From the NCBI RefSeq assembly GCF_006345805.1, contig NW_021833950.1, positions 1 through 51,752 on the forward strand: 51,752 nt of DNA, given 5' to 3'. Positions 23,772 to 36,341 of the stretch are shown here, in pieces (the first letter of the stretch is position 1; every line of letters begins with the position of its first letter). The notes under the pieces were generated by a model. It did not search any database. It was not told the DNA's origin and saw only the letters and a list, made by a program, of their open reading frames with translations. The position numbers were made by a program, and so were the translations under genes. The DNA comes from Octopus sinensis. Taxonomy: Eukaryota.

Positions 23772-24340
23772 GATTATCAACCCATCGTATATATAAATTC
23801 AATAACCATCATCGCGAAATATTTTTTCACCTTCTCCGTGAAGATAATTTCGTTCAAACAAAATAATTTCTCATGCATTATATAATTTTCTTCATATACT
23901 CTGTTCAAATTATTCCTGCTGACCCAGCACAACTGTCTTCTCTTCACGCATTTTCGTCTCCATTATGAAAGTCAATATACAGTGTAAAAGATTTCTAATT
24001 TTTCCGTATTTCGTTTCAATCAACCTCGGATATTCACATACTAATGACGCCAATATAGGCAGAAACGATTTTCTACATTCGTCCATATGTCTCCAAAAAG
24101 CTACACACACACAAATACACACACAACAAACACACACACACACATACAGAAGTGTATTATGTATGTGTTTGTGTGTGCATATATAGATGCATTGATATAT
24201 AAGTATATATAAAGATATATGTGTACATGCAACTATCTGCATGCATGTATATATATATATATGTGTGTGTGGGTGTGTGTGTATACACACACACATTTAT
24301 ATATATATATAATCAAAATAAGCAACAAGAATGACTCCGG

Positions 24341-24433
24341 TAATTTGGTACGATCGTTTCGTACTACATCATTTTATTAAATGTTGTAAGTATTACAACA
24401 GTTTTAAAATGCTGAGCACTCATCGGCCAATTA
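24341..24433 (-). ncRNA. Type I hammerhead ribozyme with extended stem II (U4C)
   Basis: UAAUUGG-CCGAUGA-GUGCU-CAGCAUUUUA...UGUUGUAA-UAC-UUACAACA...UAAAAUGAUG-U-AGUAC-GAA-ACGAUCGU-A-CCAAAUUA; GUA triplet. Confidence 0.7.
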
Positions 24434-24734
24434 TAGAGGTTTTCCATTAATACAAAAATGTTCATATCAAGTGGCAACATTATAGAGAAGGTAGATATAT
24501 AGACAAAGATGTGGATTTAAATTTTAAGAACATTTGTGTTAGTGGAGCCCAACACCATACAGAATTCTGATGCATCTAAATTAAGTACCATATTCATTTG
24601 AATCTAAATGTTTGCTGAACTTATATTTTAAATTATATTATAATTTCGCGGATGTGCATTGCTTGTTTTTGAGTTTGTCGACTACACAGTATAGTAGGGT
24701 CAGTTAGGCACCGTCTGTGAGTAAAGAAAGCTCC

Positions 24735-25467
24735 ATGACGCAATTCACTCAGCCAGAAATTCGGAAACATACTGTACTGATTGGCATTCGCACTGGAAGC
24801 TCCAATACGAACATTTCAGAGTGTTTGGGTGTCAATCTGAGGACAGTGCATTCCGAGGACATGTACCGAGAGTGATAAATGTCAAACATCCAGTCAACAT
24901 CATGTTATTTGGAGTGATCACTAGTGATGGCTATGTTATGCATCCATTCATCTTCCCACACACCCTCAGGCTCAACTCGGAGGCCTGCTTCAAGTTCCTG
25001 CTGGAGGTAGTGCTGTCCTGGGTCAAGAGGGTGACTGCTGGAAGAAGGGCTCTATATCTGGTAAAGAGAACTCTGCGCCATGCCACACAAGAAGCAGAAA
25101 AGTCATGACTGTCAGACAACCACCCCTAACATCTGGCCACCTAACTCCCCAGGGTGCAACCCGCCTCATTATTATGTATGGGGCTCAGTTGAGCGAGAAA
25201 CCAACAATACTTCTTCTAACACCAAAGATGAACTGAAGTCAAGGCAGCATTCACCAACTTAAACAAGGAAACAACCCAGCAGAGTTGCTGGAGATACCGA
25301 AGTTGTCTGGAGGCCGTGGTTGAAGCCAATGGCGATTCTCTTGAATAAATTTACTCTGTAGTATTTTAAGATAATTTTACGTAATTTTAGTAAATATATC
25401 TCTTAAAATGAGATATCAATGTTAATTTCATTGTTGCTTAATTTAGACGACAATTTATTCACCGCAC
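24735..25467 (+). mobile_element. Internally deleted Tc1/mariner (maT/DD37D-like) transposase remnant
   Basis: N-terminal MTQFTQPEIRK...LGVNLRTV joined to KHPVNIMLFGVITSDG and IWPPNSPGCNP..YYVWG...LEAVVEANG; frameshifts present. Confidence 0.8.
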
Positions 25468-25505
25468 ACACCCGCCAAAAACACACACACACATACATGT
25501 TATAT

Positions 25506-25848
25506 GGGAGACCTCCTTCGGCCATGAATGACCATGGGATTGCACCTAGAAAGTTACCCTCCGAGGCACAAGTCCGGGCATGTTTGTTTATGGAGGGCCA
25601 GCAGTCGACCATGCATTCCAGCCTCCCGTCTCCACGCCACCAGTGTTATCCAAGGGAAAGGCAAAGGGGCCGATACATCTTGGCACCAGTGATGTCGGAA
25701 TTCATTTCTACAGATGAGTGAACTAGAGCAATGGGAAATAAAGTGTCTTGCTTAAGAACACAACACGAAACCTGGTCCGGGAATCCAACTCGCAACCTCA
25801 CGATCGTAAGCTTGACGCTCTAACTACTGAGCAATGCGCCTTCACTCA
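25506..25848 (-). mobile_element. tRNA-derived CORE-type SINE (family D)
   Basis: Minus strand head GTGAAGGCGCATTGCTCAGTAGTTAG plus TGTGTTCTTAAGCAAGACACTT. Confidence 0.7.
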
Positions 25849-25866
25849 CATGTTATATAACATTTT

Positions 25867-25903
<37 letters not shown>

Positions 25904-25990
25904 TATATATCATATATTATAAATATATTATAATATACATATATAATGAATATATATTATACAATATATATTATAATATATATATATAGT

Positions 25991-26032
<42 letters not shown>

Positions 26033-26125
26033 TCTATGCAAATAGATATATTATATATATATATATAGACATCTATGCAAATAGAGTATATATATATATA
26101 TATATATAGACATCTATGCAAATAG

Positions 26126-26182
<57 letters not shown>

Positions 26183-26202
26183 TAGACATCTATGCAATAG
26201 AT

Positions 26203-26254
<52 letters not shown>

Positions 26255-26869
26255 TATATATGCAAATAGATATACATACATATTATATAATTTTCATTTA
26301 ACTGCATATATATATTGTATGCATCAACATATATTTACATGTATGTACATATGTATAGAAATGTATATCGAAGTGTATGAATGAGTCTACATAAGGGGAA
26401 TGTACGTGTGTGTGTATGCGTGTGTAAGAACGAGGGGTGGGGTAGAAAAGAAAAGGAAAGGAACTCTGACAGAGGGGTAGATAACAGGATATGTGTAGTT
26501 TACATAACCAAGTTCACATATAGCAGCTACTGTTGATAGCTCCATCACAGTGGGAGACTAAATGGCTTGATATTTTGAGCGTTGACGTTATGTGGGTGTT
26601 TAGAGGAAGGGTATTAGCGTTACCTTAATGGCGTAAGTAAAATGGTGCAGAGTGAAACCGGGCTGGAGATGAGAGCATATGGCGGGTGGGTGGAGAGAGA
26701 GAGAGAACTTATGGCATCTGTCTTATTGCCTCATACATTCCTTTACATAGAAATACACACAGCAATTACACACACTCACACATACACACACAAACACATT
26801 CACACGCTCACTCTTATATATTTTTCCCTTTCTTCTGAAGCTTGTTATCCTTCCTTCCTTCTTCTTCTT

Positions 26870-27180
26870 CTTCGTCTTTTCTTCTTCTACCACTACTACT
26901 ACTACAATCACCACCACTACTACTATTACTACCACCTTTCTACTACTGCTGCTACTACTTCTACTGCTACTACCACCAACACTACATCTACTACTACCTC
27001 TATTACTACTACTACTACCTCTATTACTACTACTACTACTACTACCACCACTACACCTACTACTACCTCTACTACTATTACTACTACTACCACCACCACT
27101 ACATCTATTACTACTACTGCTGCTGCTGCTGCTACCACCACCAACACTATTTCTTCTTCTTCTACCACTACTACTACTGC
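26870..27180. repeat. (CTA)n/(CCA)n/(CTG)n trinucleotide field
   Basis: Direct. Confidence 0.9.
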
Positions 27181-28082
27181 TACATTTCCGTCTCCCTTCG
27201 GGGTTCTTTCGTCACTACGAACTGACGTAATCGTTTGCGCATCAGACAAATTGCTGAGCGCTATTTCTTTCGGCTCTTACCATTCGGAGTTCAAATACCG
27301 CTAAGGTCAACTTTGCTTTTGATTCTAAAGTACCAGTTATTTACTGGAGTCACTTTGTTATTGCCGTGGATGTTAATATTGTTGTCTCTATTGTGGCCAT
27401 TGCTAATGCTGCTTCGGATGCTGCTGCTACTAAACCTACTCTTTCTGGTTGGAATTATTGTTACTGTTTTGGTTGTTCCTTCTTCATCTAATTCTCCTAA
27501 CATCACTAATATTGAATTAGAAGATAGAAGATGCATGAACATCACAACATCACAAAAAATGTCTCCATGATTTTAATTCCATTAGTCAGTTTTGTTACTG
27601 TTAATCCTCATGAAACCCAAGTTGAACAGATTGATAGTCAAAGACACGCCAATCGTGACTGTTCCACCTTAATTTCGATTATAAATTCTTCAAGATCCAA
27701 TATTTCCAGTTTGTTCATCTGTTTCGGAGAAAATGATATAATAGGAGAGAGATTTAGCTACTATATATAACACAATGAATGACCAAATAGAGAACTCTTA
27801 TTTGGACCTCAGGGCATTTTAGTAGTAGCTGTTTGAGTCGTTACTGATGTCGTTGGACTTCTTTGTATTGTTGTTGTCCCTGTTGCTGAAGTTTCGCACA
27901 AGTCATCTCTCATCGAACAAAGCAAACGTTTACATTTGACTGGGTTACTCAAAGTGTCTTGCCTTTTAATCCTGCTTACATAATGAAACTGCAAGTTGTG
28001 AGTTGAGGGCGAAAAAGACCCTGTTTTACGCAGAATAAACGATTACGTAGGTACTTGCAGGACATAAAATTTTTAATTTGTT

Positions 28083-28307
28083 GAGCTGGCAGAAACGTTA
28101 GCACGCCGGGCGAAATGCGTAGCCGTATTTCGTCTGCCGTTACGTTCTGAGTTCAAATTCCCCCGAGGTCGATTTTTGCCTTTCATCCTTTCGGGGTCGA
28201 TAAATTAAGTACCAGTTACGCACAGGAGTCGATGTAATCGACTTAATTCGTGTGTCTGTCCTTCTTTGTCCCCTCTATGTTTGGCCCCTTGTGGGCAGTA
28301 AAGAAAT
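28083..28307 (+). mobile_element. SINE family B, full length
   Basis: Similarity to 9884-10112. Confidence 0.9.
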
Positions 28308-28984
28308 ATATTTTAAATTATAACCAAGTATAAATTATAAAACTGGATCTCTTCCTGTCAGATGTCCCAGATGAACTAACTTCACGGCAGGAGGTGCAGA
28401 TGAGGGCAGCTTCATCGAACTCTCTCATGCACCAAATGGCAATTGCTAAAACGCATTCGTGAAGTAAAATCATGTAGCAACACCAAATGGCGTTGCCCCA
28501 GCATGGCCACAGCTCGTGAGCTGAAACTAGATTAAATGAAATAAAAATAAATAAAAGTAGTTAAGATTTAACCCGAAATTTACTGCTAGATCACTTGGAA
28601 CTAACCTAACTACAAGTGGAGATAATTATGGGTTTGATATATTGGTCATTGCTTTTGTTGCTGTTAGGCCACGGGTCAGTCTTGGTCAGTCAGAGTTATG
28701 ATACGTAGGCCATCAGCCAAGCTACGGGATGAAGTCGACAGATTCATCGTTCTTGTTATATATCACGTCTTCGTGTAACTAACAGACATACGGAAGAAGA
28801 CTCCGACATGCCGTAGTTAATCGTACTGACAGCAGCTTACGTAACACCAGCTGTGTTCATGCCGCCATTAAACCGAGAGAGTTTGTTCTCAGTAGGTTAC
28901 TTTTCGCGCATGACAATCCGCCATCCTCTCCTCCCCACCCTCTCCTCTCTGTCTTCTGTCAGTTTTGGTAATAAGCAGGAAATT

Positions 28985-29755
28985 GATCAATTCTAAATAG
29001 CTTACGACAATTTCGACCTCCCACTAAGCATAAAGCATCTGAAATACTCGTATTACACCATTTCATCCCCCCAGAAAGACGTACGTAGAACATCAGTTCA
29101 CTGCGAATTGTTAACGGGTTCACATAACTAAGCAGTAAACTCGCAAGAAAACTAAACATTGCTGTCGGGTTATGAGCATGATCTAGAAGGTCACATCTAA
29201 CTTCGATAGAAGAATGTGTGTGAGTACAAGTGGAATCATCTTCTCCATGAAACTGAATGCCTACAATGTATTTGTCGGTACAGTTCTCCACTATGTTTGT
29301 CTGTCTTCGGTCTTCTGAAGACAGCTCAGTTACTTTCTTGTGAGGTATGCGATAACATTCTACATATACCTTTACTGAACAGAAGTGCTTCAGCAAGTCA
29401 ACACACTTAAAACTGTTCAGCCTCTATCTAAATGCCTCTATCATGAAATAGAAGGGGTATATTAGTCATATACCAGAGCACAACGTCCCAAAACAATTTT
29501 ATACGGTCAATGAAAATCCACTGTGAGGGACAAAAGTTGTGGTCCTGTCCTAAGACTTCCTCCTCAAACACCGACATAGTCTACGAAGTCAGGTCTAAAC
29601 ACCAGAACTTTCGAAAGAGACCGCTGATGCTGCTTCAGAAGCGTTCGCTCCGTCACCCTACATTTACCAACATCACAAGTGCCTTACGTTCCCATGATTG
29701 TCCTGCATTTAGGATTCTTGCATTAAAAGATCGTATTAGCCAACTCCTGATGAAA
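28985..29755 (+). mobile_element. Decayed RTE LINE, 3' half of ORF2
   Basis: YDNFDLPLSIK, VNGFT*LSSKL, MKLNAY...TVLHY, GYISHIPEHNVPKQF and GQK match the RTE post-RT region. Confidence 0.7.
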
Positions 29756-30410
29756 TGATCAAACTAGGCTAGCTTTCAAGTTTATCCATACTTTTGATAA
29801 TCATTGAAAACCCTGTATATTGTTACAAATAATTTTCTGAAAATAGAAGTAATACATATATTAATGAATAACTGGCAAAATTGAAAACCATATTATGTGA
29901 TTTTCCTTGAATCACACCATACTTCAAGACGACTCCGTTCACCAAGTTTCTGTCACACTGGAATAATATTATTCCTTGAGAAAATGGAGTTTTGTGGTGT
30001 AAAATTTCGATAGATTACAAGCACCTCTTTCATAACGATATCCGAAACCCATAGGAGAAACGTTTAGCACCATGAAATGACCTATTATTTGTACAGAAAA
30101 GTAGTAACGGTGCAGTTTACAGTTGCTGTGCATACTAAAAGTCAATGAGAGAGCATTTGAATCTTCGTTAGTAGAATCTTTTTCACATAACATCGTGTAT
30201 CGTCACGAAAAGAAAATATATTTACTAATTTAGTCGTTGGAACTGGATAAAATAGACATAATGATCACGGTTGCAATAAACTAAATAACAATATTTACAG
30301 GTTCAATGTGTTACCAAAGACCAAAAGTGGAAGCATTGAAGTTGCTTCTCATCGATCTGTATTCAAAAAGGAAAATACACATTATATATATATATAAATA
30401 TATATACTCC

Positions 30411-30836
30411 TTACTCTTTACTCTTTTACTTGTTTCAGTCATTTGACGGAGGCCATGCTAGAGCACCGCCTTTAGTCGAGCACATCGACCCCAAGACTTA
30501 TTCCTTGTAAGCCTAGTACTTATTCTAACGGTCTATTTTGCCGAACCGCTAAGTTACAGGGATGTAAACATATCAGCATCGGTTGTCAAGCGATGTTGGG
30601 GGGACAAACACACACACACACACACACACCCTAAATATAATATATATATATATAATTATATATATATATATAGCGACGGCTTCTTTCAGTTTCCATCTAC
30701 AAATCCACTCACAAGGCTTTGGTCGGCCGAGACACACAGAGTGGAAGCCACTTGCTCAAGATGCCACGCAGTGGGACTGAACCCAGAACCATGTGGTTGT
30801 TAAGCAAGCTAACTTACACATAGGCACTCCTGCGCC
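30411..30836 (-). mobile_element. SINE family A, full length
   Basis: Similarity to other family A copies. Confidence 0.88.
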
Positions 30837-30852
30837 TGAATGTATGTATTAG

Positions 30853-30888
<36 letters not shown>

Positions 30889-30890
<2 letters not shown>

Positions 30891-31275
30891 AGCATTCACT
30901 TCCGGACTCTCTCACTCTGTGAGGTCCTCAGTTCAAATCGCACGTATCTCGAATGGGCTGGAGTATTTCTATTTTGAATATATTTGGGGTACTTAGTTGT
31001 GCTCATGACTTAGTGTTTGCTTCTTCCTTGGGTATGAGTAAGTATCTCATTTATTTCTTTTGCCTCATTTATCACTGACGAAGGGAGGGCTCTTATGAGC
31101 TAACCCTGAAATCGGTCCGATGTGGTGATAATGAAATTTTTTTAGAAATTTCTGTCGAACTTTTTTCGAGTAGCGTGCGTATTGTGAACAAATTATATGG
31201 TTAATGGACAATATGTCCAATTTTTCGGCATATTTGGCATTAGAAATTTTTTCGTTTGCCCTTATTTATGAATTA
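30889..31275 (+). mobile_element. HHR-bearing repeat (long stem II family), inside (TA)n
   Basis: The 3' part aligns with 22520-22712; (TA)n on both sides. Confidence 0.65.
31069..31131 (+). ncRNA. Type I hammerhead motif (position 17 is G in this copy)
   Basis: UUAUCA-CUGACGA-AGGG...GCUC-UUAU-GAGC...CCCU-GAA-AUCGG-U-CCGAU-G-UGGUGA. Confidence 0.65.
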
Positions 31276-31339
31276 TTTATATATATATATATGATATATA
31301 TATATATATATATATATATCACTTGATCACATGATTGAC

Positions 31340-31612
31340 CAGGCGATTAAATTGTGCAAATTGCTGATCACAATGCGCCTTTCATCAACTTAGCTTTCGC
31401 ATATGGCAATCATATGCGCTAGGTGAGCAGGCCAACATTGCATCTAATCGGAAAACCATTCCGTCACGGGATCGCCCATTTACAGCTGACCGGACTGGGG
31501 CAGCGTGAAATGAAGTGTTTTGCTCAACGACACAACGCGCCGATCGATCCGGGAATCGAACCTTCGAACTAACGATTGTCAGTGCAACGCCCCACTAGGC
31601 TATACACACACA
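31340..31612 (-). mobile_element. Degenerate CORE-type SINE
   Basis: Minus strand GGTTCGATTCCCGG...TGTGTCGTTGAGCAAAACACTT. Confidence 0.6.
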
Positions 31613-31633
31613 CATATATGTATAATATAAATA

Positions 31634-31670
<37 letters not shown>

Positions 31671-31689
31671 GATATATATATATATATAT

Positions 31690-32085
31690 ATGCATATATA
31701 CATACGTACATGTACATACATCTATGCGTATATATATATATATGCATATATACATACGTACATGTACATACATCTATGCGTATATATATATATGCATATA
31801 TACATACGTACATGTACATACATCTATGCGTATATATATATGCATATATACATACGTACATGTACATACATCTATGCGTATATATATATATGCATATATA
31901 CATACGTACATGTACATACATCTATGCGTATATATATATGCATATATACATACGTACATGTACATACATCCATGCGTATATATATGCATATATACATACG
32001 TACATGTACATACATCTATGCGTATATATATATCATATATACATACGTACATGTACATACATCTATGCGTATCTATATATGCATA
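31690..32085. repeat. Minisatellite of about 46-50 bp (tgcatatatacatacgtacatgtacatacatctatgcgtata), about 8 units
   Basis: Direct; the (TA)n spacer length varies. Confidence 0.9.
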
Positions 32086-32418
32086 TGTAGGTACAGGATG
32101 TCACGAAACGTATACAACAAAAATATACGAAATACGTGTACATGGAATGTGAGCTATCTTCTTGGAACATGTATATATATATATATATATATATATAAGT
32201 AACGCTTAAAAAGACTGTCATGGTTTGAATGCTTTTAATCATGGGTCAATTCTTTCAGAGACGGTTTGACGCTGAACAGCAATAAGTAGTTCAGTACGGT
32301 ATCTCTCTAAAACTTGGTATAAGAGAATTTGCTAACCTCTAAGCTTTAGGGTTCTTATCTGATAACATATTAACTTGGCTTTCAACACTTTACACATTAT
32401 AGTAACTTTTCAAAACAC

Positions 32419-32459
<41 letters not shown>

Positions 32460-32510
32460 GCTCTCCTCTCTCTCACTCACACACACACACACACACACAC
32501 CACACACACA

Positions 32511-32680
32511 CGAGGGGTTTCTGAAAGGTTTCTGGCTTTGGGTAAGAGAAAATGCATGAGGGTCACTTAATTTTGATTTTTGTAACGTATTCCCTTCTGA
32601 AATTCACACACTTATTGCAGTTTTTTAAGCCCTGTAAATGAATTCAGAACTGAGACAAGCCTTTCGTGAAACTTTTAATG
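32511..32680. mobile_element. Mariner-type MITE, same family as 7047
   Basis: cgagggg...ttctggctttgggtaa. Confidence 0.5.
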
Positions 32681-33024
32681 TCTGGGACCTTCTGGCCGTG
32701 CGGCTAAGAAGGCAGCTGCTTCAAACACCTCTTTTCTAGCTCAGTCACATTTCGTGGCACCTTGGGGTAGTATTCCCTACACCTCTGAGCCTTGTGAGTT
32801 ACTTAAGTGGATGGAATATATGTAGAAACTCTTCATATATACACACACACACACACAACATATATATATATATATACATACATACATACATATATATATG
32901 TGTGTGTGTTCCTTCGTTCACCCTTGATAGTCATTGTTGGACTCTTTTATGCTACTGTAACTTAGTGGTCCGACAAACTATTCCGACAGAAAAAGTAACA
33001 AGTACAGTTCTATATTTAAGAGAT

Positions 33025-33720
33025 ACTTAAACTTCAATTCCCACCATCCATACAGTGTAAAGAGAGGGATTGCTCAGTGCCTAAAACATCGAGCAAAGAA
33101 TATAAGTAGCAATCATGATATCCACCACGAAGAAATGATCAAACTCAGTAACAATCTATTAAGCAACAACTACCCCAAAACATACTCTCCACTCCAATTA
33201 TGAAAAAAAGAGAGGATGAAACTGATAAACTGTCCACAGTCTGTCTACCCTATGTGAAAGGCCTCCCCGGAAAGATACAAAAGATATGCGGCCCATATGA
33301 CATCAAGACAGTATTCAAGAGAAATACAACACTTCGGAAATATCTCGTTCGAATAAAGTCACCAATAGAAGAGAATATGACCAAAGACTGCGTGTACTCC
33401 ATCCCATGCAGCTGTGGTAGGTTATACAAAGGCGAAACAAGCCGCCCCCTCAAAATAAGGGTAGAGGAAAATCTCAAAGCTGTGACACGAGGAGATATTG
33501 ATAAATCGGGTTATAGCTGATCATGTATGAAAAATGGAGATGACCTCCGCCTGGGGATGAAGTTAAAATAATAGACAGAGAACACCACAGGAAAATACGA
33601 AAACTAAAAGAAGCAGCATATATGCTAGGACACAACAATCTTCTAAGCAGACAGAGGGCAGATATGAACAGCATATGAGATCCGGTATTAAGGAAGAATA
33701 GGAAAATATTAGATTTATAA
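33025..33720 (+). pseudogene. Penelope ORF C-terminus (RT end + GIY-YIG endonuclease), frameshifted
   Basis: YLNFNSHHPYSVKRGI...RA...NNYP; VCLPYVKG; CVYSIPCSCGRLYKGETSRPLKIRVEE; WDEVKIIDRE...RKLKEA. Confidence 0.9.
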
Positions 33721-33746
33721 GCCCTAAAATTCACTCAATAATTACC

Positions 33747-33823
33747 GACGGGCATATGGTGTAGTAGTTAACAGCGCGGGCTACTAACCCCAAGATTCCG
33801 ATTCGATTCCAGGCAGTGACCTG
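33747..33823 (+). promoter_or_regulatory. tRNA-derived internal Pol III promoter (A and B boxes) within the pseudo-LTR
   Basis: A-box-like TGGTGTAGTAG at 33757-33767, anticodon-arm-like GGG-CTACTAA-CCC, B-box-like ATTCGATTCC at 33801-33810; not a complete tRNA gene. Confidence 0.7.
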
Positions 33824-33867
33824 AATAATAAAATAGGAATGAGAACCTATGTTCGAAATCTCCCCAA

Positions 33868-33913
33868 GACACCTGATGGAGGCTGGAGGGTATATCAGCC
33901 GAAACATTGTGTT
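33868..33913 (+). ncRNA. Hammerhead motif in the Penelope pseudo-LTR (mutated copy)
   Basis: GACAC-CUGAUGG-A-GGCUG-GAGGGUAUAU-CAGCC-GAAAC-AUU-GUGUU; A9G and G16.2A changes. Confidence 0.65.
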
Positions 33914-35042
33914 AACAACAACCAAGATTGGGAAAATATCCGTCAAATGTAAATAAAGTAACTAAGAGTAACAAGGTTAAAAAATGTACTGGAGTCGATC
34001 CGTCCTATTCAACTAAAATGTTTTAATGTCGTACCCAGGTTGACTACAATTCATTGACTGTAATTGGTAAGAACAAACGGTTTGGCCACTGTTTGGCACA
34101 CAATATATTTTTCATTGTCAATGTACTTGTTACTGCAGTGATAGGCAGGTCATATTTATTTACTTATTTATTTTCTATAATCCCCTGTTCAACCTAAGTC
34201 GGTTGAAAAGCATTCCAACTATGGCCTTTCAACGATTTTATGTGTATCCTAAGATATTTAACTGCTATTTCTAGCTGTTTGAATGACTTCACAGAGGCTA
34301 ATTATGATCGACGTTGTCATCGTCATCATCACTAACATCTTCAACATGATCATGATGGCCATTATCATCATCATCATCATCATCATCATCACCATCATCT
34401 CTCTCTTCTTTGTCATACGCCTCTCATCATCATTGTAATCATCATCATCATCACAATCATAGCAGCAGTAGCATCACTATTGATAGATCATCATCATCAT
34501 CATCATCATCATTGAGATCACTGTTATCGTTCCTTTTGTGGCTTTCTTTCAATAATGTGAACTGACTTGTGACTTGAAAGAGCGGGACACATTCTTTCCA
34601 ATATCCAGTTTAGCTATCAATAAGAGCCAATGTTTTTATCTCTCCGCTCGCCAAAATTTCTGATCTCGAAACTTCTTCCCTTGTCAATGTTCAATTATAG
34701 TATTCGAAAATCGGTTAAATGTTACCAGTTATATAATCAAAAATCTGCCGCTATCAACGTGGCTTTTCATCCGCTCGAATTCCATAACATAAAATACCAG
34801 TTTAGATTAGAGAAATTTGTTAAAGTGCCAAGCCAGATGCCCCAGCGCTATTTTTTCCGTCCTTTTCTGTTCTGATACCTCGAGTTGTAAATTTAATCTA
34901 TCACCCGACGTAGCATCTCCACCTGGTTGCTGGGTGACTTAAGCTGACCTCATACCATTGTTAGCATCCACACCAAGTTATCTGTTTGAGTCGAACATGT
35001 TCTATTCCTCTGAGAAATTTTAACGATTGCATAACAAATAGA

Positions 35043-35193
35043 GGCGTAGGGGTGGCTGCGTGGATGGTAAGTAGCTTTCTTAACAACCACATGGTTCCGG
35101 GTTCAGTACCACTGTGTCTTCTAACTATAGCCTCGGGCCGACCAAGCCTTGTGAGTGGATTTGGTAGACGGAAACTGAAAGAAGCCCGTCGTG

Positions 35194-35259
<66 letters not shown>

Positions 35260-35470
35260 GTGTGTGTGTCTGTGTTGTTCCCCCAACATCGCTTGACAAT
35301 CGATGCTGGTGTTTTTACGTACGGTCCCCGTAACATACCAGTTCGGCAAAATAGACGATAGAATAAGTACGAAACTTCCAAAGAATAAGTTCTGGGGTCG
35401 ATTTGTTCGACTAAAGGAGGTGCTCCAGCATGGCCGCAGTCAAATGACTGAAACAAGTAAAAGAGTAAAA
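35043..35470 (+). mobile_element. SINE family A
   Basis: Similarity to other family A copies. Confidence 0.85.
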
Positions 35471-35936
35471 CCAAAAGATCATTGATGCTAGATTTCCCTC
35501 TTTGTTTAAGCAGTAAATATCTGTTAAAAATGGCGTTGAATTAGGAAGTCGTGCGAGAAAATGTACAGCTTTACTGTACTCATTCAGATTGGCCGTTTCC
35601 TCCTTTCAAATTATAATGAAGCCAACATCAGTTTTCATCCATTTGATGACGGTAAATTAAGTACCAGCCCAAGAGCAATGGATAAACACAATTGGGCGAG
35701 TTAATTAAATATCTTTTGGTATGTCTCTTTGCTCTTTGTGTTCTGAGTTCAAATACTACGATATCCGAGCCCTGACTAGTAAGCGCCCTTAGAAAGCTCT
35801 GACATCGAACCCAATATATTTTAAAAATCACCTGGTTAGCAAACTTCATGTCTCACACAAAAATTAATGCGGCGTGAATTCATAAGAGGTCAGTATATTT
35901 GGTTGCATGTGTGATGGTTCTAGTTTCGCTAATATA

Positions 35937-36341
35937 TATTTCTTTACTGCCCGCAAGGGGCTAAACACAGAGGGGACAAACAAGGACAGACAAACGGATT
36001 AAGTCAATTATATCGACCCCAGTGCGTAACTGGTACTTATTTCATCGACCCCGAAAGGATGAAAGGCAAAGTCGACCTCGGCAGAATTTGAACTCAGAAC
36101 GTAGCGGCAGACGATACCTATTTCTTTACTGCCCAAGGGGCTAAACACAGAGGGGACAAACAAGACAGACAACGGATTAAGTCGATTATATCGACCTCCG
36201 GTGCGTAACTGGTACTTATTTAATTGACCCCGAAAGGATGATAGGCAAAGTCGACCTCGGCGGAATTTGAACTCAGAACGTAGCGGCAGGCGAAATACGG
36301 GTAAGCATTTCGCCTGGCGTGCTAACGTTTCTGCCAGCTCG
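35937..36341 (-). mobile_element. Two tandem family B SINEs (full copy 36119-36341, headless copy 35937-36118)
   Basis: Core and tail seen twice, head once. Confidence 0.85.

Larger units (their letters stand above)
33003..33966 (+). mobile_element. 5'-truncated Penelope-like retroelement: inverted tail + RT end/GIY-YIG + tRNA-HHR pseudo-LTR
   Basis: TSD AGTAACAAG at 32994-33002 and 33967-33975; protein motifs are given in the next feature. Confidence 0.9.
32690..34075 (+). mobile_element. Old family A SINE split by the Penelope insertion (32690-33002 and 33967-34075)
   Basis: SINE similarity stops at ccgacagaaaaagtaacaag and resumes at agtaacaaggttaaaaaatgtactggagtcgat. Confidence 0.65.

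Noticed and set aside
29960-29975. Perfect 16-bp palindrome GGAATAATATTATTCC
   Set aside because: It is AT-rich, single, and has no supporting context.
29969-30193. 74-aa minus-strand ORF as a host exon
   Set aside because: No recognisable domain, and the splice signals are weak.
33747-33823. Functional tRNA gene (also all SINE heads)
   Set aside because: No convincing acceptor stem or terminator; each is embedded in a repeated mobile unit.
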